A DNA stretch of 63,233 nucleotides, filler included, from Sphacelaria rigidula (GCA_964200075.2; 4 parts of 4 records of this genome joined end to end with filler, not necessarily neighbours in it); one strand, 5' to 3'. Shown: positions 39,201-52,080, counted from the whole stretch's first letter. Notes: generated from the letters alone by a model not told the origin. Made by a program: numbers and translations.

Positions 39201-42200
39201 TATGTTGACCTGCGTTCCCTGTTGGCCTACGTCCCGTGTATGCGTTTTCAGCGTAATCGAGGCCCCGCGATTGGTTCTACTCCTCTTCATCGAAAATCAC
39301 GTGATCCCTGCTGCGGCCGACGGCGATAAAGTGAGTTTTCCAGAGATAGTTTTTACTTGGCGTGGAGCACGCGACCCCCCCTTCTGCGTTCAGGCCATGC
39401 TGCCCACATCTACAGAGTTTCGCGGTACAAAGGTTTCGCGTGTCCGCTCACGGAATTTCTCCCACTGCTCTCGTGTCGCACGTATGCCCCAGGATTCAAG
39501 ACATGTGCTCCGTGCGTTAACCTTCTACCTGATGGAGTTGCAAAACAGCCCAGAGTTTCGACAGTGCAGCATAACTGATGCCGTCACCTACGGGCGTAGG
39601 TTGCGAGCCTGGCAGGTATGCTGTCAGCTAACGTTCCTTTGGGCTGAAAGTGGTCAAGGTTCATATTTTTGCAGAATTCTCTCGGCAATCTTGAACGATG
39701 GCACTCCTGTCCTTTCCGGTAGGCACTGTGCATCCTCTGCGGCTACCTCTGTCACGCCACGTTCGTCGCTGATGAAGAACACATATCCGAGGTGGGTGGC
39801 CCGCCAGTTGGTGATGGTGTTCTCTGCTAATCCAAACCTCGCCGTTGAAAACACGTATCGTGGAAACATATCGTGCCCGATGTGTGCTGTTTTGTCAAGC
39901 CCTCTGATTTCCGTTAAGGTTTGATTTGCAGACGCTATAGGTACAAAATTTGGGGGTATGACCTGCACATCCCCACAAGAGAATTGAGATGGCGTCATAT
40001 TAGTCGTTCCTCCGCCGTTGAACTGGCCGTCGTTGTCGTCGTATCGCACGATAACCTTGGCTTGTTCCATCGTTGAATGGCCACCTTCTGTCAACCCCGT
40101 CAATCTCACGAATACATGGGCTGATCTTGATTTTGAACTGCGATGCTGCGCAGGTTATGCGCCCTATCAATTCATGGTTCTGGATAGTGCACAGGCGCAC
40201 ATGTCTCCCACCCGTTCGACAGTTCCAAGAGGTCTTCGCAGTGAGGATGTGCAAGGCATATCCTCAGATATTCCTTCCGTCCGCAGTAAAGGTGAGGGAC
40301 CGATCCTGGTGCGGTGTGGGTCATGCTGGCTGCGAAATGCACTCGCTCGTACTAACTCCTAGCGTGCATTTTTTTGCGTTCTCGCAGGAGCTTTCAGATT
40401 TCAGATTGCCAGGACAGGTGCTGTGCAGCCTTCTCGTTGTCGCCGGGCATGCGCTGATCGGCAAGGAAGGTGAGCTAATCCCCATACACGCTCCGGGCAC
40501 CGCTATTCTAGGCATACGCCCCCAGCCTCACATATTTTCACCTTGGATCTATCTCACGTTCATCAGCAATCGCTGTTTCATTCTCTTGTTGTGTATGTCA
40601 GGCATTGAATGCTTGGGCCAGCGAACAAGCCTCTTCAATGCATGCCTTCCGTGGATGGTGGGAACCCACGTCATGGTAAGTTTTTCCAGACTCCACTCCT
40701 TCGTTCCCTGCGTTGTCCACGCCGCTGATAGCCATTTCATCAAAAATACGTGCTCAATATCGTTCAATATATCTAGTGATGTGGGGTGCTGGGTGCTACT
40801 TGTCGAGAAACCTAAATATTGAAAAGCTTACTACTTTGAAGTGTTATACTCCGTCACCTACCTACAGATACTGATGGTGCAGAATCACCTGCCGGGACTC
40901 GACACTCCCGCCACACACACATGGCGGCTCGGAGCCTAATATCTTGCTTGCTCTCCTGGACTATCGCTGATCTGTGACTCTTCTTCACAGTGACCGCACA
41001 ACTCCGTGCGCTGTTCGACCTCGACGGCTGCAGACGCTTGGAGGCACGCCCAAGGTCATGTTTCAACACGGTCGACGTACGTGATCCGTCTTGGATGGAC
41101 TGCCGCGTACCGTGGCAATGTTTCCTATAGCCTAACTTCCTGCGTTAGTGTTCACGACAATATCCGATCAAAGTGCACACCGCCCGTCCTCATTCTTTTT
41201 GTAGGGAAGAATGATTGCGCAGCTCATCTGCCACACTATATTACCGGAGGTTGCCGCCGCTGGTGCGAAGAGTCTGGACGGTCTGTTCACCTTCTTGCGG
41301 GACAACCCAGACATGGTGAGCAATGTGTGCTACATGACCTGAGATTGGACGCCGTCCACCCTATTTTGAGACGCAATTCCTGAGCTATCGCTTTGTTATT
41401 ATAACAGGTGAAGATGAGAGAGCGACAGCTTGAGGCCTTCAATCGGACAGACTGTGCGGCAATGTGCACAGTCTCAGGAATGCTGGAAGCGCATTCCGTT
41501 GGCTCCGACGGCGACATTACCCCGAGTCATTTGGTTGAGATATTGCACGAGGTGAGGGTCGTGGCTGTACCTTACCCGCCGTATACCGCGAGTGGCCTGC
41601 GCTGTGTTTGCCACGTGTTCATGCAGGAGCAATGAGGGGCCCCAGCTCTTATACTGTTGTAGTACCTGCTGAGACTGACTTGGAATGTTGCCAGCAGTCA
41701 TGTTTTTGACGGGAGCAGAAAGGCGACATCAACGTGTGTTATCCTGCGAAACATTGTACCACGAGGGTATGTACTCTACCTCAGATACCTTGAGTCAGAT
41801 ATTACATTGCTTGACGTGTCTGTCATCACAGGTGATGGATGACATCTGGAATGAGACAATGTCAGACAAGAGAGGAGCACTGGAAGACGGGCGAGATTGG
41901 CATCAGACGATGGCTGAGGTTCGTGGTCGCTCTATTGCCAACTCGGCCTGACTACTCTCTCACTCTCAATCTGAGGTTGGCCGTTTCGGAGTCTTCGAAT
42001 GACATGATACCCTATTTCGTGGTATGCGCGTCCCCAGGTCAAAACAGGCACATGGTTTGAAGACGACCCGAAGCCTCTGCACGGCGTGGACAGCCATATG
42101 CAGCGGAAAATTCTACCATGGGATAAACTTGAGCTGGTGAGGGGGCACCGAGTCCGTTTTGACGCGATCCGATACCTGCATCACCTCGACTATTGAAGAT

Positions 42201-42355
42201 TCACCACCTATTGCCGCTGTCGACGTGTTGATGTTCAACGCGTTGCTGCGCCGACACAGGTTATCGAGGAGGCTGAAGCTTCTTCCTTGGAGCAAACAAC
42301 TGCAGCAGGCAAACGCAGACAATCTGTGGTTATGTGCGCTACGCTTGTGGAAAAG
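33290..42355 (+). CDS. TRM3: Trm3/TARBP1-like tRNA (guanosine-18-2'-O)-methyltransferase; spliced, both ends incomplete
   Basis: Exon peptides resemble, as I recall them, conserved Trm3/TARBP1 blocks in the right order: FWDLIYR..LCRRRGVHVLRQVL (33790-34163), WTDYVRVLALLEVETETHLL (34335-34416), YGRRLRAWQ (~39600), CLPPVRQFQEVFAV (~40200), LFNACLPW (~40640), MQRKILPW (42038-42136) and RQSVVMCATLVEK (42260-42355, start of the SpoU domain). Not all internal exons were mapped. Confidence 0.85.
36917..37042. mobile_element. piggyBac-type MITE (~118 bp), copy 1
   Basis: TTAA|cccttttggaaccca...tgggttccaaaagga|TTAA; near-complete hairpin. Confidence 0.85.
38727..38800 (+). repeat. G-run-headed repeat, head only
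   Basis: gggggggtgtactcatgatc..gtcatatgaccgtcgacctcg, as at 4975 and 5290. Confidence 0.65.
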
Positions 42356-42469
42356 GTGTGTGTTGACGTCGGGCCGTGCCGTTCAGTTTTCGCTTGAGTA
42401 GCACAGTCATGCCTGTGAATGGAGGCGTTACCGATCAAAAATCCGTTGTCAACAAAAAATAAAGGGCAA

Positions 42470-42778
42470 TGGCCTAGAAAAGGTATACCCTCTCTTTTTT
42501 TTGTCAAAGAAAGGTACGAAAAATGATCGGAAACGCGAAAACAGCCGAACACGGCGCTTTGACAGTTTTCGCTCCGAATTTTTCATGCACCTCATTCGGG
42601 GGGGGCCATCGGCACCCGGGCCTCGAAAAAACCCCGGAAAAAAACATGTTACTCGAGATATATGGCCACGCGAAAACGGACGCCTCGCCTCCAGAAACCG
42701 CTCACCTTTTGTAGGCCACATTTCGCCAGGGTATACCTGATCTATGAATTATTTTTCAATCGTACCTTATCTAGGCCA
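42470..42778. mobile_element. MITE-like element
   Basis: Inverted ends tggcctagaaaaggta / taccttatctaggcca; no clear TSD. Confidence 0.55.
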
Positions 42779-43384
42779 CCGATCGGCCGAGAACGTACCT
42801 TTGCTGGGCCATCACTCTCTACATTGTACCTGATGCGGCACATCGCGCGCAAGGGAGTCTACGCGCCAACTCCAACCATGGCGCCCACACGTTCGGCTCT
42901 TTTCCCGCTCATTTGCCGTTCACGGACGCCACATCGATCACGCCCCTTTCTCGCCGGAAATGGTTCCCGAGTCTCTCCGTATCGTCACAACGACTGGACG
43001 CACAATTTACAGCGCGTAGGTCTTGTGTGATCCGGTGGGTTCTGGAACACTATTGTACTGTTGCGATCTCGGGGTGTCAGGGTCAAGGTAGGCTCTTTCA
43101 CCACCAACGGGCGGTTGTAGTATCATCGATGGTTGGTTCAAGCAACGGATACAGTACTGGTCGTCACGGATATAGAGATAGGGACAGAGCAGTAATAGCG
43201 TTCAGCGCTACAGTACAGAGCAACGTGCACTCAACGATAACACTCGTGGAACGAGGCTAGTTGACCCGATCTTATTTGACCGCGAGGGTAGGTCACCTGC
43301 TGGATTGCCTCGAAGAAGGCGGTGCAGAGTGCCTGAAAAGAAAAGAGAAAAACATTATGCGTCCTGGGATAGTCCAAGGAGTAC

Positions 43385-44250
43385 ATGCACAAAGTTTGGT
43401 CGAGATACTCGAAAATCTCATGCAGATATTCTTGCCTTGACGTGAAATTCACCCGAAAAGACGTTTTCATACTAGAACCAACCAGTTGGGAGTTTACGCG
43501 TTTCGAGCTTACGTCCTCGCACAAACGCGCACATCTTCACGCAATTATTAGGAGTTACACCCTAAAACTTAGCACAAATGTGCTCTGGGTCATTACCCAA
43601 GTTTCGATTGACGAGGCTTTTCTACTTCTTGATTTTTTTACCGTTTTTGGGGGGTTCGACGGGATCTAAGTCGTTCTTCGAATTCGTCTCCATTTTGGGA
43701 CCCCGAAAAATCGGCACTACGATATTTTTTTCATTTTCTCGGCAAACGCCCTGTCGTCGCAAAACCCAAAGAAGAGTCCCACAAAGTTTTGTCGCCAAAC
43801 TCGATCGACTGATGCTTGAATTTCCATGTTCACGTAAGAGAAGGCCCAAAAACGCCATTTTCATACTAGAATCTAGTAGTATGCGGTTTCACCATGGCAC
43901 GGCAAGGTTCATCGCACAAACGCGAAAGCCTTCACGCCGTTTTAAGGAGTTAGACCCTGAAATTTTGCACAAATGTGCCATGAGTAATTACGCAACTTTC
44001 GATGAACGAGGTTTCCGATTTTTTTACCGTTCTACGGGGGTCCAACTGGATCGAGGTTTCCCCGAAAAAACTGGGACCCTCGAAAAACGGTGAACAAGTA
44101 AAAATTTAAACAAAAAACTCGACCTTTGAAAGTGGCGTAATGACCCATAGCACCTTCGTGCAAAATTTCAGGGTCCAACTCCTCAAAACGGCGTGAAGTT
44201 TTGCCGATGAATGTTTTTTGGGCCTCTTCTGTGAACCAGCCTGTAACCAT
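43385..44250. repeat. Direct plus inverted repeats of a gaccctgaaattttgcac-containing unit (likely DNA-transposon relic)
   Basis: Direct copies at ~43440-43670 and ~43850-44090, an inverted copy at ~44110-44230, and a further copy at ~46560-46700. Confidence 0.65.
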
Positions 44251-44422
44251 TCATGCATGAGCCACGACCAGCAGCGCTTGGCCGTCTCACGGCAAGGGTA
44301 AATTCGATTGTGGTAATATAGAGGCATTCATCGCGCCAGCAGTAGTACATGTGGTCAACACACACAGCTCTTCGTGCTCAAGAGCTGAAAGGCGCTGCGT
44401 GTCACGTGTCGGGTATATATAC

Positions 44423-46436
44423 TAGAGATGTGCTCCGTTCAAAATTTTCAAACGGAGCGGATTTCGGATTCCGGCAGCCTCATCTGGATCAATCCGCGGA
44501 TTAAAAAAACTGGCGGATATCCGAATACGCGATTTGCAGACGGATTCCGAGGAAAACGAGGGATGGATACTCCTCAACTCTCCCCACATGCATGTTGCGC
44601 ATGTCTGAAAGGGGTAGTGGAGCCTTGCATCACGTACGAGTCAGATGCACGAATCAAATGAAGATTGAAGCGAAAAGGGTTGTCGTTATCCACGCACTGT
44701 GCCAGCGACGTGAAGAATGAACGACTTTTCCATGGCAAACCGGAAAAATCAAGTCCGACCACGACATCCAACCTTCTCAAGGCCACTACAAACCACAGAA
44801 CGAGTGTGATATACTCCATCAACGGCTGCATCAGCTGCTCCGTCTCTTCCCGCGAGGACACAATTTACGATCTCACGACCAACTACTTGTGTCAATGACT
44901 GTTGGTTTCTTTTCAATAAAGTGCTGATCGGGTGGACTTCTCGGCCGCCTCCCAGGAACCCTTGAGAAACATCAGCGTCTCAAGCCGTTCTGGCTTCAGC
45001 CTGTTTCTTCGTTGCGCCATGACAAGCCCACTCTATGAGAACACTCGATGCCGGAACAGCCAGGGCGTTCTGAGCGATATGCCCAGGGAATGGAAACTTG
45101 TGCGCATTCAGAGCCCACCACTTGAGCGCGGTCTCATTGATGGCCAGAGTAGGTTCCATCGCAGTGCCCAAAAAGCCTATGATCTCTGTCTCTCTCACTC
45201 TGGACCTTCTGAACCTCCTACCGCTTGTACGAGGCTTCCTGGGCAGAGGCCGGGGCGCGCGGCGTGGCTGATGCCTCTGCCTCCCTCTGCTGCCGCATCA
45301 GGAAGTTTCGGCCTGGGGCTTCCTTCTAGACCCTTGCCGACTCAGTCCCGCGCGACGCAGGAGTGTCCGCGTAAGCAGAGGCACTGCTGGCAGCGCCGGC
45401 AGCAGCGTCCCTCAGCTCCTCTTGCCAGTCCCTCGTGCGGTGATCGAGCGCTGTCTTCGCGCGTTGCTTGTCTTCATCTGGTAGAAGATTGAGCGTCTTG
45501 GTGTGAGAGTACACGACTGCCGCCAATCGCACCCCTTCCGCCATATGCAACAATATTTTCGTGAGGTTGAGAGTAGAGGATACGAATGAGAGTGAAAAGC
45601 GGTCAATCAGTGAATTAATCGTTTCAGTTCCGAAATGCCTCTCCACGAAGCCCATTATTCTCTGTGTAGTAGCTTGCCACCGAGGCGCTTGACATCTCTG
45701 AGTAGGATACCGACGTGTAGCTGTAAGCACACGGCAGTGATAGAGGCTAGGAAGAGCGCACACGGAATGAAAGATTGGCTAAGTTGAAGCGATGATCAGA
45801 GCCACTCTCAATCCACGCTCTACTCTCAACCTCACGAAAACGTCGTTATACGTTGTGTCGGACGCGGCCGCGTTGTCGTCGAGCGTGATGGCGTAGAAGC
45901 CCGATCTGTCGAGCTTCCGGATGTGACCGACGCCCTACCTGTCGAGCCACCGTACTTGTAGCCGGTGACAGACTTGTTGCATCCCTTCACCTTACAAAAA
46001 ACAAGTAGTACGCAATGAATCTTCCTCTTGTTGAAGAACTTCCATACACTGTACAGGAGCGGTGTTGACGCCCTGTTGGTGCGATCTTACCTTCCGCGCC
46101 TTTTCCTGGGTTTCGAGATATAATCGTTACCTGGCTCTTCGTTTCGGCCATTGTCACAAGCCGTCGACGCAACTGCCGACGGCGCTGCGTCGGTCATCGG
46201 CGGGGACGTCAACACGACTATCCTGGACGACGGCCACGGCAGTTGAGGCTCGGTGGGGCCTGTTGGGCGCCTTATCCGGATGGTGGGTGGTAGTGGCCGG
46301 ATTTCGGATTTTCCACGTCACGCGTTATCCGGATAAAACACGGATTTATCCGCGTTTTGTTTTTCGAACGGGGTGGATTAGGATCGCAGTTAAACGAAGC
46401 GAATATCCGGAGTGAACGGAGCGGAGCGCATCTCTA
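44423..46436 (-). mobile_element. Internally deleted hAT DNA transposon
   Basis: TIRs tagagatgtgctccgttc / gaacggagcggagcgcatctcta. The flanks atatatac / atatatat(ac) form an approximate 8-bp TSD. A transposase relic lies inside. Confidence 0.88.
44950..45560 (-). pseudogene. hAT transposase C-terminal dimerisation domain, frameshifted
   Basis: ALKWWALNAHKFP..IAQNALAVPASSVLIE, then in another frame RNRLKPERLETLMFLK. The expected ERxFS segment is lost. Confidence 0.85.
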
Positions 46437-46706
46437 ATATATATACATGCCGCAGGTGGCGCATGTTGGCGTGGTTTATCATAGTTGTTGCTCCGAATTC
46501 GCACCTGAGATGTCATCTGTGGAATGTTTCACGTTACACGTGCCTGAAATGTCGGCTTCGATACTCATAATATGTAGTTACAAGTTTGTACCTTCAAGCT
46601 CACTTTATCGCGCGAAAGCGAAAAACTTCACACCGTTTTTTTGGGCTCTAGACCCTGAAACTTTGCACATATATACTATGAATCATCGCGAAACTGACGA
46701 ATAGTG

Positions 46707-47060
46707 TGTGTATTGTAGTCCCATTCATTCTGAACGCCGGTCTACACCTTTCGGTGTATGTAGGCGCACCAGCCAGGGGCACAGAGGAGGAAGGTCAACA
46801 CAGGGGCTTTTTATTTTCATGTGTTTTAAGTACCCCACCTTCCTTCTGCGGTGCTCGCCTTTTTTTTTTAACGCGAGAGGGGTTCAGCAGTCCCTTTTCC
46901 CTCATCGAGCGTCGAGTCGAATTTTGTGTACTCACGACATCGTCGCTGTCCACTGTTGGGCATGGTGTGAGAAAAAATCCCAGATCGCTCCGAGATTTGA
47001 ACCCACGACCCAATCGTCAGAAGGTGTCGAGGTTATCAACTGAGACACCGTGGCGACCGG
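46707..47060 (-). mobile_element. tRNA-derived SINE, family 1, copy 2
   Basis: Collinear with 1217-1579; flanked by the direct repeat gaatagtg (46699 and 47063). Confidence 0.85.
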
Positions 47061-47147
47061 CAGAATAGTGACGTCTTGATTCCTCTCATCTGCCACACCT
47101 CAAACGTATATAAGCAACGCGCATGTAACCGTGGCGGTGAGCTTTGT

Positions 47148-47402
47148 CCCCCCCCCCACTACAGCCTGGTCCGGCGAGAACCCGGCGTGCTCCATCCCGG
47201 CTTTGTAGGGGCGGACCCCCGACGGGGTTGGCGTCGGGTGGCGATGACGCTATAAAACACGCCACTCACTACGGAAGCTAGGCAATCAGGTTACCGTTTT
47301 TTTGCGCGCTCGCGTTTTTCTTGCGGTAACCATGATGGTGGGCGAGCTAGATCATGTTGTGCGGCGTGGGAGAACCTCAACAACGCACAATGGGGATGAT
47401 CG
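47148..47402. repeat. Interspersed repeat, cut by the linker
   Basis: 47224-47402 matches 15430-15605; 47165-47212 is the reverse complement of 5030-5077. Confidence 0.7.
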
Positions 47403-47502
47403 NNNNNNNNNNNNNNNNNNNNNNNNNNNNNNNNNNNNNNNNNNNNTTAATTAATTAANNNNNNNNNNNNNNNNNNNNNNNNNNNNNNNNNNNNNNNNNN
47501 NN
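47403..47502. other. Artificial linker/gap
   Basis: 44 N + TTAATTAATTAA + 44 N. Confidence 0.98.
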
Positions 47503-47690
47503 CGAAGCGCCGTGGTGTGTTCGGCGAGTCGCATGAAGGATGAGCTGCATCCGGCTAAGATTGTTCGCCCCGAAACCTACTGATTGCCTTGCATTTGGAT
47601 GACAACCTGCAATGAGTTGCTTTATTTGCTGTTTTGCCACTTCCAGAGATAGCCATGCCTTATACACTGCCTCATGGGTGTCTCACCACC
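47503..47690 (+). repeat. G-run-headed repeat family, 3' part
   Basis: Matches 5090-5280. Confidence 0.75.
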
Positions 47691-48016
47691 GCAGGGGGGG
47701 GGAGGGGGGGTTCATAGGATCTCGGAGGTTTTATTTTAGGCATTCCTGTGTTATCTAGGACTTTTGGCTCCTCAATGTGAGGGGTCATATTTACTACACT
47801 TTCTCACATTTTTGAAGGAAAAACAAGCCAAATAACGCAATTTGTTTCGCCGCTCGCCGCCGATTATTTTCCAGTTAATCGGCCCAGCTTACACTTGAAT
47901 GGCCAGAGCAGCCAGTTCACTGCCCCATAATTTTTGTTGTCAAGATATTTTCTATGACCATAACTACGCTGCCTTGACGGTTACAACCTTGCCCCTCGTG
48001 CCGGCACCATGGTGTC

Positions 48017-48140
48017 ATTGATTGATTGATTGATTCGATTTGTTGTCGTACTCTAACTGACCCCGCAGGGGTCCAGCCGTGGTGACATGATAGACGTACC
48101 CAAGAAAAACGGTGCTGAAGCACTCGCTGAAGAAAAAGAA
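48017..48140 (-). mobile_element. (CAAT)n-tailed retroposon fragment
   Basis: (attg)n tail plus gggtccagccgtgg..gacgtacccaag. Confidence 0.65.
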
Positions 48141-49089
48141 GGAACAGAAAAAAGTCAACGTACCGACATCGTAGACTAAGACGTGAAGAAAGATAGTAGA
48201 AAAGTCAACAAAAGCAACGCACAGAAAGATATGACCGATCTAAAACAAAAGAAAAGAAGAGGAGTCATGCGGATGTAAAACTAGCAGCTCACTGTGCAGC
48301 GAAAGAGGGATGTAACTCGCGCAAGCCATCTATTGTCACCTTTACGACCGCTGAGTCAAATAACTACTTTGTGCATCTCTTCCTCACAACACCGTCACGA
48401 TTGTCGAGCTGTAACCGGAAGCATGAGACGAGTCCCGTACTTGTAAGAGTACTATTTTCAGCTCTCATCTCTTTGGCCATAGCGCATGCTATACTGGGAA
48501 TTGAACAGGTGGATATCGGCGTGTAGGTACGAAGGAGGCCGTTCCAGCCTTGCTGAGTATGGTCGGAGTGTTCGTGCTCATCGTGATCTCGAGCAGTGCC
48601 TAGTCACACACATCAAGCACAACAGTGTAAAATTGAGAACATTTGACTGTTTTCCAGGTGTAGCCGTTTGACTATTCTTGCAGGTTCAGCCGTGTTTTCA
48701 TGGGTGATCAAGACTGATACCGAAATATCGTTCTTGTTATTGTCTTGACGTTATGCGTTTTCCAAAATTTCTGAGCCACAATCCACTCTCACGACCTCTC
48801 TGTGCCGTTCATGGTACATGTGATTTTTTCATGCAGTTCTCTTCATCTGATCCTCTTAATCTGCTTGGTTCTGTTGTTGTTGTGTGTGTGTTTATTTTTT
48901 GTTTCTCCGGTGTGTTCCTGGTGTTTTCCCCAGTTTTTCTCTCGTTCCTCTTCGTTTAAGTCGTGTATGTCTATCTCGCGACAGCAGCTGGTTCCCGCGG
49001 AGTTAGCTGATGCACGACGTGGGCAACCTGTAGCTTTGGGCATGAATCTATGGTTGATTTTTTCAAACGAACTAACAATATCACTATTC

Positions 49090-50097
49090 ATAGCCCCAAC
49101 CCCAACCCCGACCCAAGGCGTACGAGACCCTCGGGCAAGGGAGGTGCGTGGGTTCCCCTAGACAAAGTGTGCGTGGCAGACCTCGAATCGACTCCGTAGG
49201 CGCCGATATCGACAAAAACACGTTCTGAACCAGCTGGGTGGGTCCACTGCTCACCTGCCCCAAACCAAGAATTTTCACAGAACTTTCTCCGTTCTGAAAT
49301 CAAGTAGTCATGCTGTCAACCATAGATTCACCCCCAAAGCTATAGGTCTACTGGAACGACAATCAAATCAAAAACCATTTTCATACACCGGAGATGTATC
49401 TGGCACGGCCAACCATGTCATGGTCACACTACCAGAATCCCTTGATGGTGGTCGAGGTGATGGAGCAACGTTTTGCAGAGGAAGGTCGCCTGCTGTGAGA
49501 ATCGGCCTCAAGCGGGAGCTGGTGAAGTTGGGAGTGTGGGAGAGGGGGTCTAGGTCGGCTTCTTCGTTCCATTACGCGGGCAAAAACGAAAAACTGGCTG
49601 CTACGATATTCGGGGGGGTGGGCGCGGGGGAGCGGGGGGAACTGGAACTCATGGTATCGGTGTTTGCCCGGTTCTTATCTTACCATGGGCGATCTAAATC
49701 TGAAAGAAGTTACGTTTCATCATTCCGGTCATTGAGTATACTTGAAATTTTCCGGATCACGTAGACCATGCTTGGTCTTGTTTTTGGGGATGGGACCGTG
49801 AGATTCAACAGAGATTACCAAGTAGTTGATACTTTACTTGATTTACTTTATTTCGTAGTGAAGATCGATATTCGCATCTTCGGAGAGGCTGACAGCCGCA
49901 GGTGCTCCTAGCTCGTCCAAGGCGTGCTCATGTCCAAAATAGGCGCCGATTTTTTTTTTTTTTTTCTTTGTTGGAAGGAGGAAACCGATTCGCGGTTTGC
50001 CAACACAAACTTTGCCCAGGACACCCTCCTCACCCCCCGTGCTGAGGGTTATCGTGTGCCTTGGTCTGGGTTGGGGTTGGCGTTAGGGTTAGGGTTG
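49090..50097. mobile_element. ~1-kb element with ~110-bp diverged inverted termini tipped by telomere-like repeats
   Basis: Left end: ccccaaccccaaccccgacccaaggc..cgaatcg. Right end: cgattcg..gccttggtctgggttggggttggcgTTAGGGTTAGGGtt. Confidence 0.65.
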
Positions 50098-50281
50098 GTG
50101 GCCCCCCATTGACGGTGCCAGCCATTATTTTTGACCAGTTGGAAAACAGCTCATGAGATATTCGTGCTGTGACCGCGACATGGTGTGTACCAGGGTGTGC
50201 TGGGTACCACTCCCAAGGGGTTCAAACGGAAATCGAGAAACTAGACAAAATATCCCTGGTGAAGACATGTGCCAAAATTTA

Positions 50282-51726
50282 CAGGGCTTTTTACGTTACA
50301 CGTTACGTCACAAATATGACGTCTTGAAAATTATACGTCACTTCACGTCACACTCTGTGACGTCTTGAAAATTATACGTCACGTCACGTCACAGTAACAT
50401 ATTTTGAAACGTTTACTGTGACGTGTAACGAATAATATACGTCACGTTTGTGATGGGTAACGTAATATGAAACGTTTCACTTCGACCGTGTTGAGGGCAA
50501 ATGAATGCTGCGTACGACGTTGTACGGCTTCATGTATCGTAACTTGGCACGGCAGGTTCACGGTGGCTGCCTTGTTCGAGCATGAAGCGCATTCTGATCG
50601 CTATTTTGACGTGTAAGAATGCGTTTCAGCTAGTGTATCTCATGCATCCTCGACTCACACGTTGCAATTTCAAAGAAATACATGAGTACATCACGACAAC
50701 GCACGATAATCAGATAATGAGATGCCAAGATGCGCGCAGGGCGTGATTTACACGTACAAACGCAAGTATGTACAGATCATACGTTGGTGATACGTGGTAG
50801 TCGGTTGGCATTTCCTAGGACACCAACTCATAGCAATCCGATTTTATATTGCTATAATTAATTGCTCACTCAGTAGGGCGTGTATGCACATCTGTACTAC
50901 TATATACTTCGAAGTATATGATACACATACACTGATCCGGTACGAATCCAGCAGCGTTCGCAGGGCGGACATCATGAAGAAGGTAGACACACGTGATGTG
51001 TCGTTGCGACAAGAAGAGCGACAAAAACTCACAAAAAAAAGTTTAATTAAAGAAGGACGGCAGAAAACATGAAAACAAAACAACACCATGAGCGAACAAA
51101 ACAAAACGAAGCACAACCATCTAAATAAAGAACAAAACTGCAGAACTGCAGTGGAGCCACCGAATTTGTCCACGAGGTCGCAAGCTCGCGTCACCCTTCT
51201 CACCTCTTCAAAGTCATACGGTCTCTGATTACTTCGGTTACATCGACACCTCTCGAAAGTTACAAGGAATATTATTCGCTTGTTCCATGGTATGGGGTGT
51301 GGTGTGGTGTGGTGTGGTGTGGCGGTGCATGCTGCAGGGGCGCTGAACTTGCGCTTACATCGCGTGCGTATTATGACGACGTATGCACACTCTCCTTGAA
51401 TCTATGTATCATATCATACGAGTATCACGTCTGCTAATCTCACACTAAATGTGGTACAAGTTGAGCGTGTGACGGTTGTGACGTTCATTCAGACGTAACA
51501 AACGTGTAATGTACCGTGTAACGTTCATTGTAACGTGCAACGTATAAAATACGTTACACGCTACAATGAACATTTCAAAATACCTTGATGTAATGTTAAA
51601 TAATTTTTTTTCGTCACATCACAATTTGTGACGTCTTCGAAAAACGTACGTTACGTCACGTCACACCCTTGTGACGTGACGTTTGTGACGTGTTACGCAC
51701 GTGTGACGTATACCGCAAAAACCCTG
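50282..51726. mobile_element. Non-autonomous hAT element with ACGTCAC/GTGACGT subterminal repeats
   Basis: TIRs cagggcttttt / aaaaaccctg; 8-bp flanks aaaattta / aaaaatta (7/8 match); dense subterminal motifs at both ends; internal (GGTGT)n at ~51295. Confidence 0.8.
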
Positions 51727-51869
51727 AAAAATTACTGCAAGATGTACGCAGTGTTTAATTTGCACAAATTGGGGAAGAGAGGTGGGCGCTAGGACTGACC
51801 TTGACGTATCACCATCGCTGTGAATATGCGTGTTTTTTGTTTTTTGTTTTTTGTTGTCGTCACGCTTCC

Positions 51870-52080
51870 ACCCCCCTCCCCCCCCTATCCTTCTCGGAAC
51901 GAGTCGATCGTCTCAAGGGCAAGGGATCAACCCACCTGTATGCGCCACCCATCATGAACGCAGGTTCCGCGGCTGGGATGATGACCACTGCCGCACAGGC
52001 TTCATTCTCCACAACGTACTTGATTTGCTTCTCGCGTCTTCACGTTTTCAATGCCGGAAGTAAGATTTTTCTCCGCAAGA
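51870..52080 (-). repeat. Interspersed repeat family 2, diverged copy
   Basis: Reverse complement of the gggttgatccctt..gactcgtcccga block at 57108-57150. Confidence 0.5.

Noticed and set aside
48486-48700. Possible remaining SpoU exons (RWISACR..LEQ..SVKLRTFDCFP)
   Set aside because: Only a vague resemblance, no catalytic motifs, and it lies across a linker.
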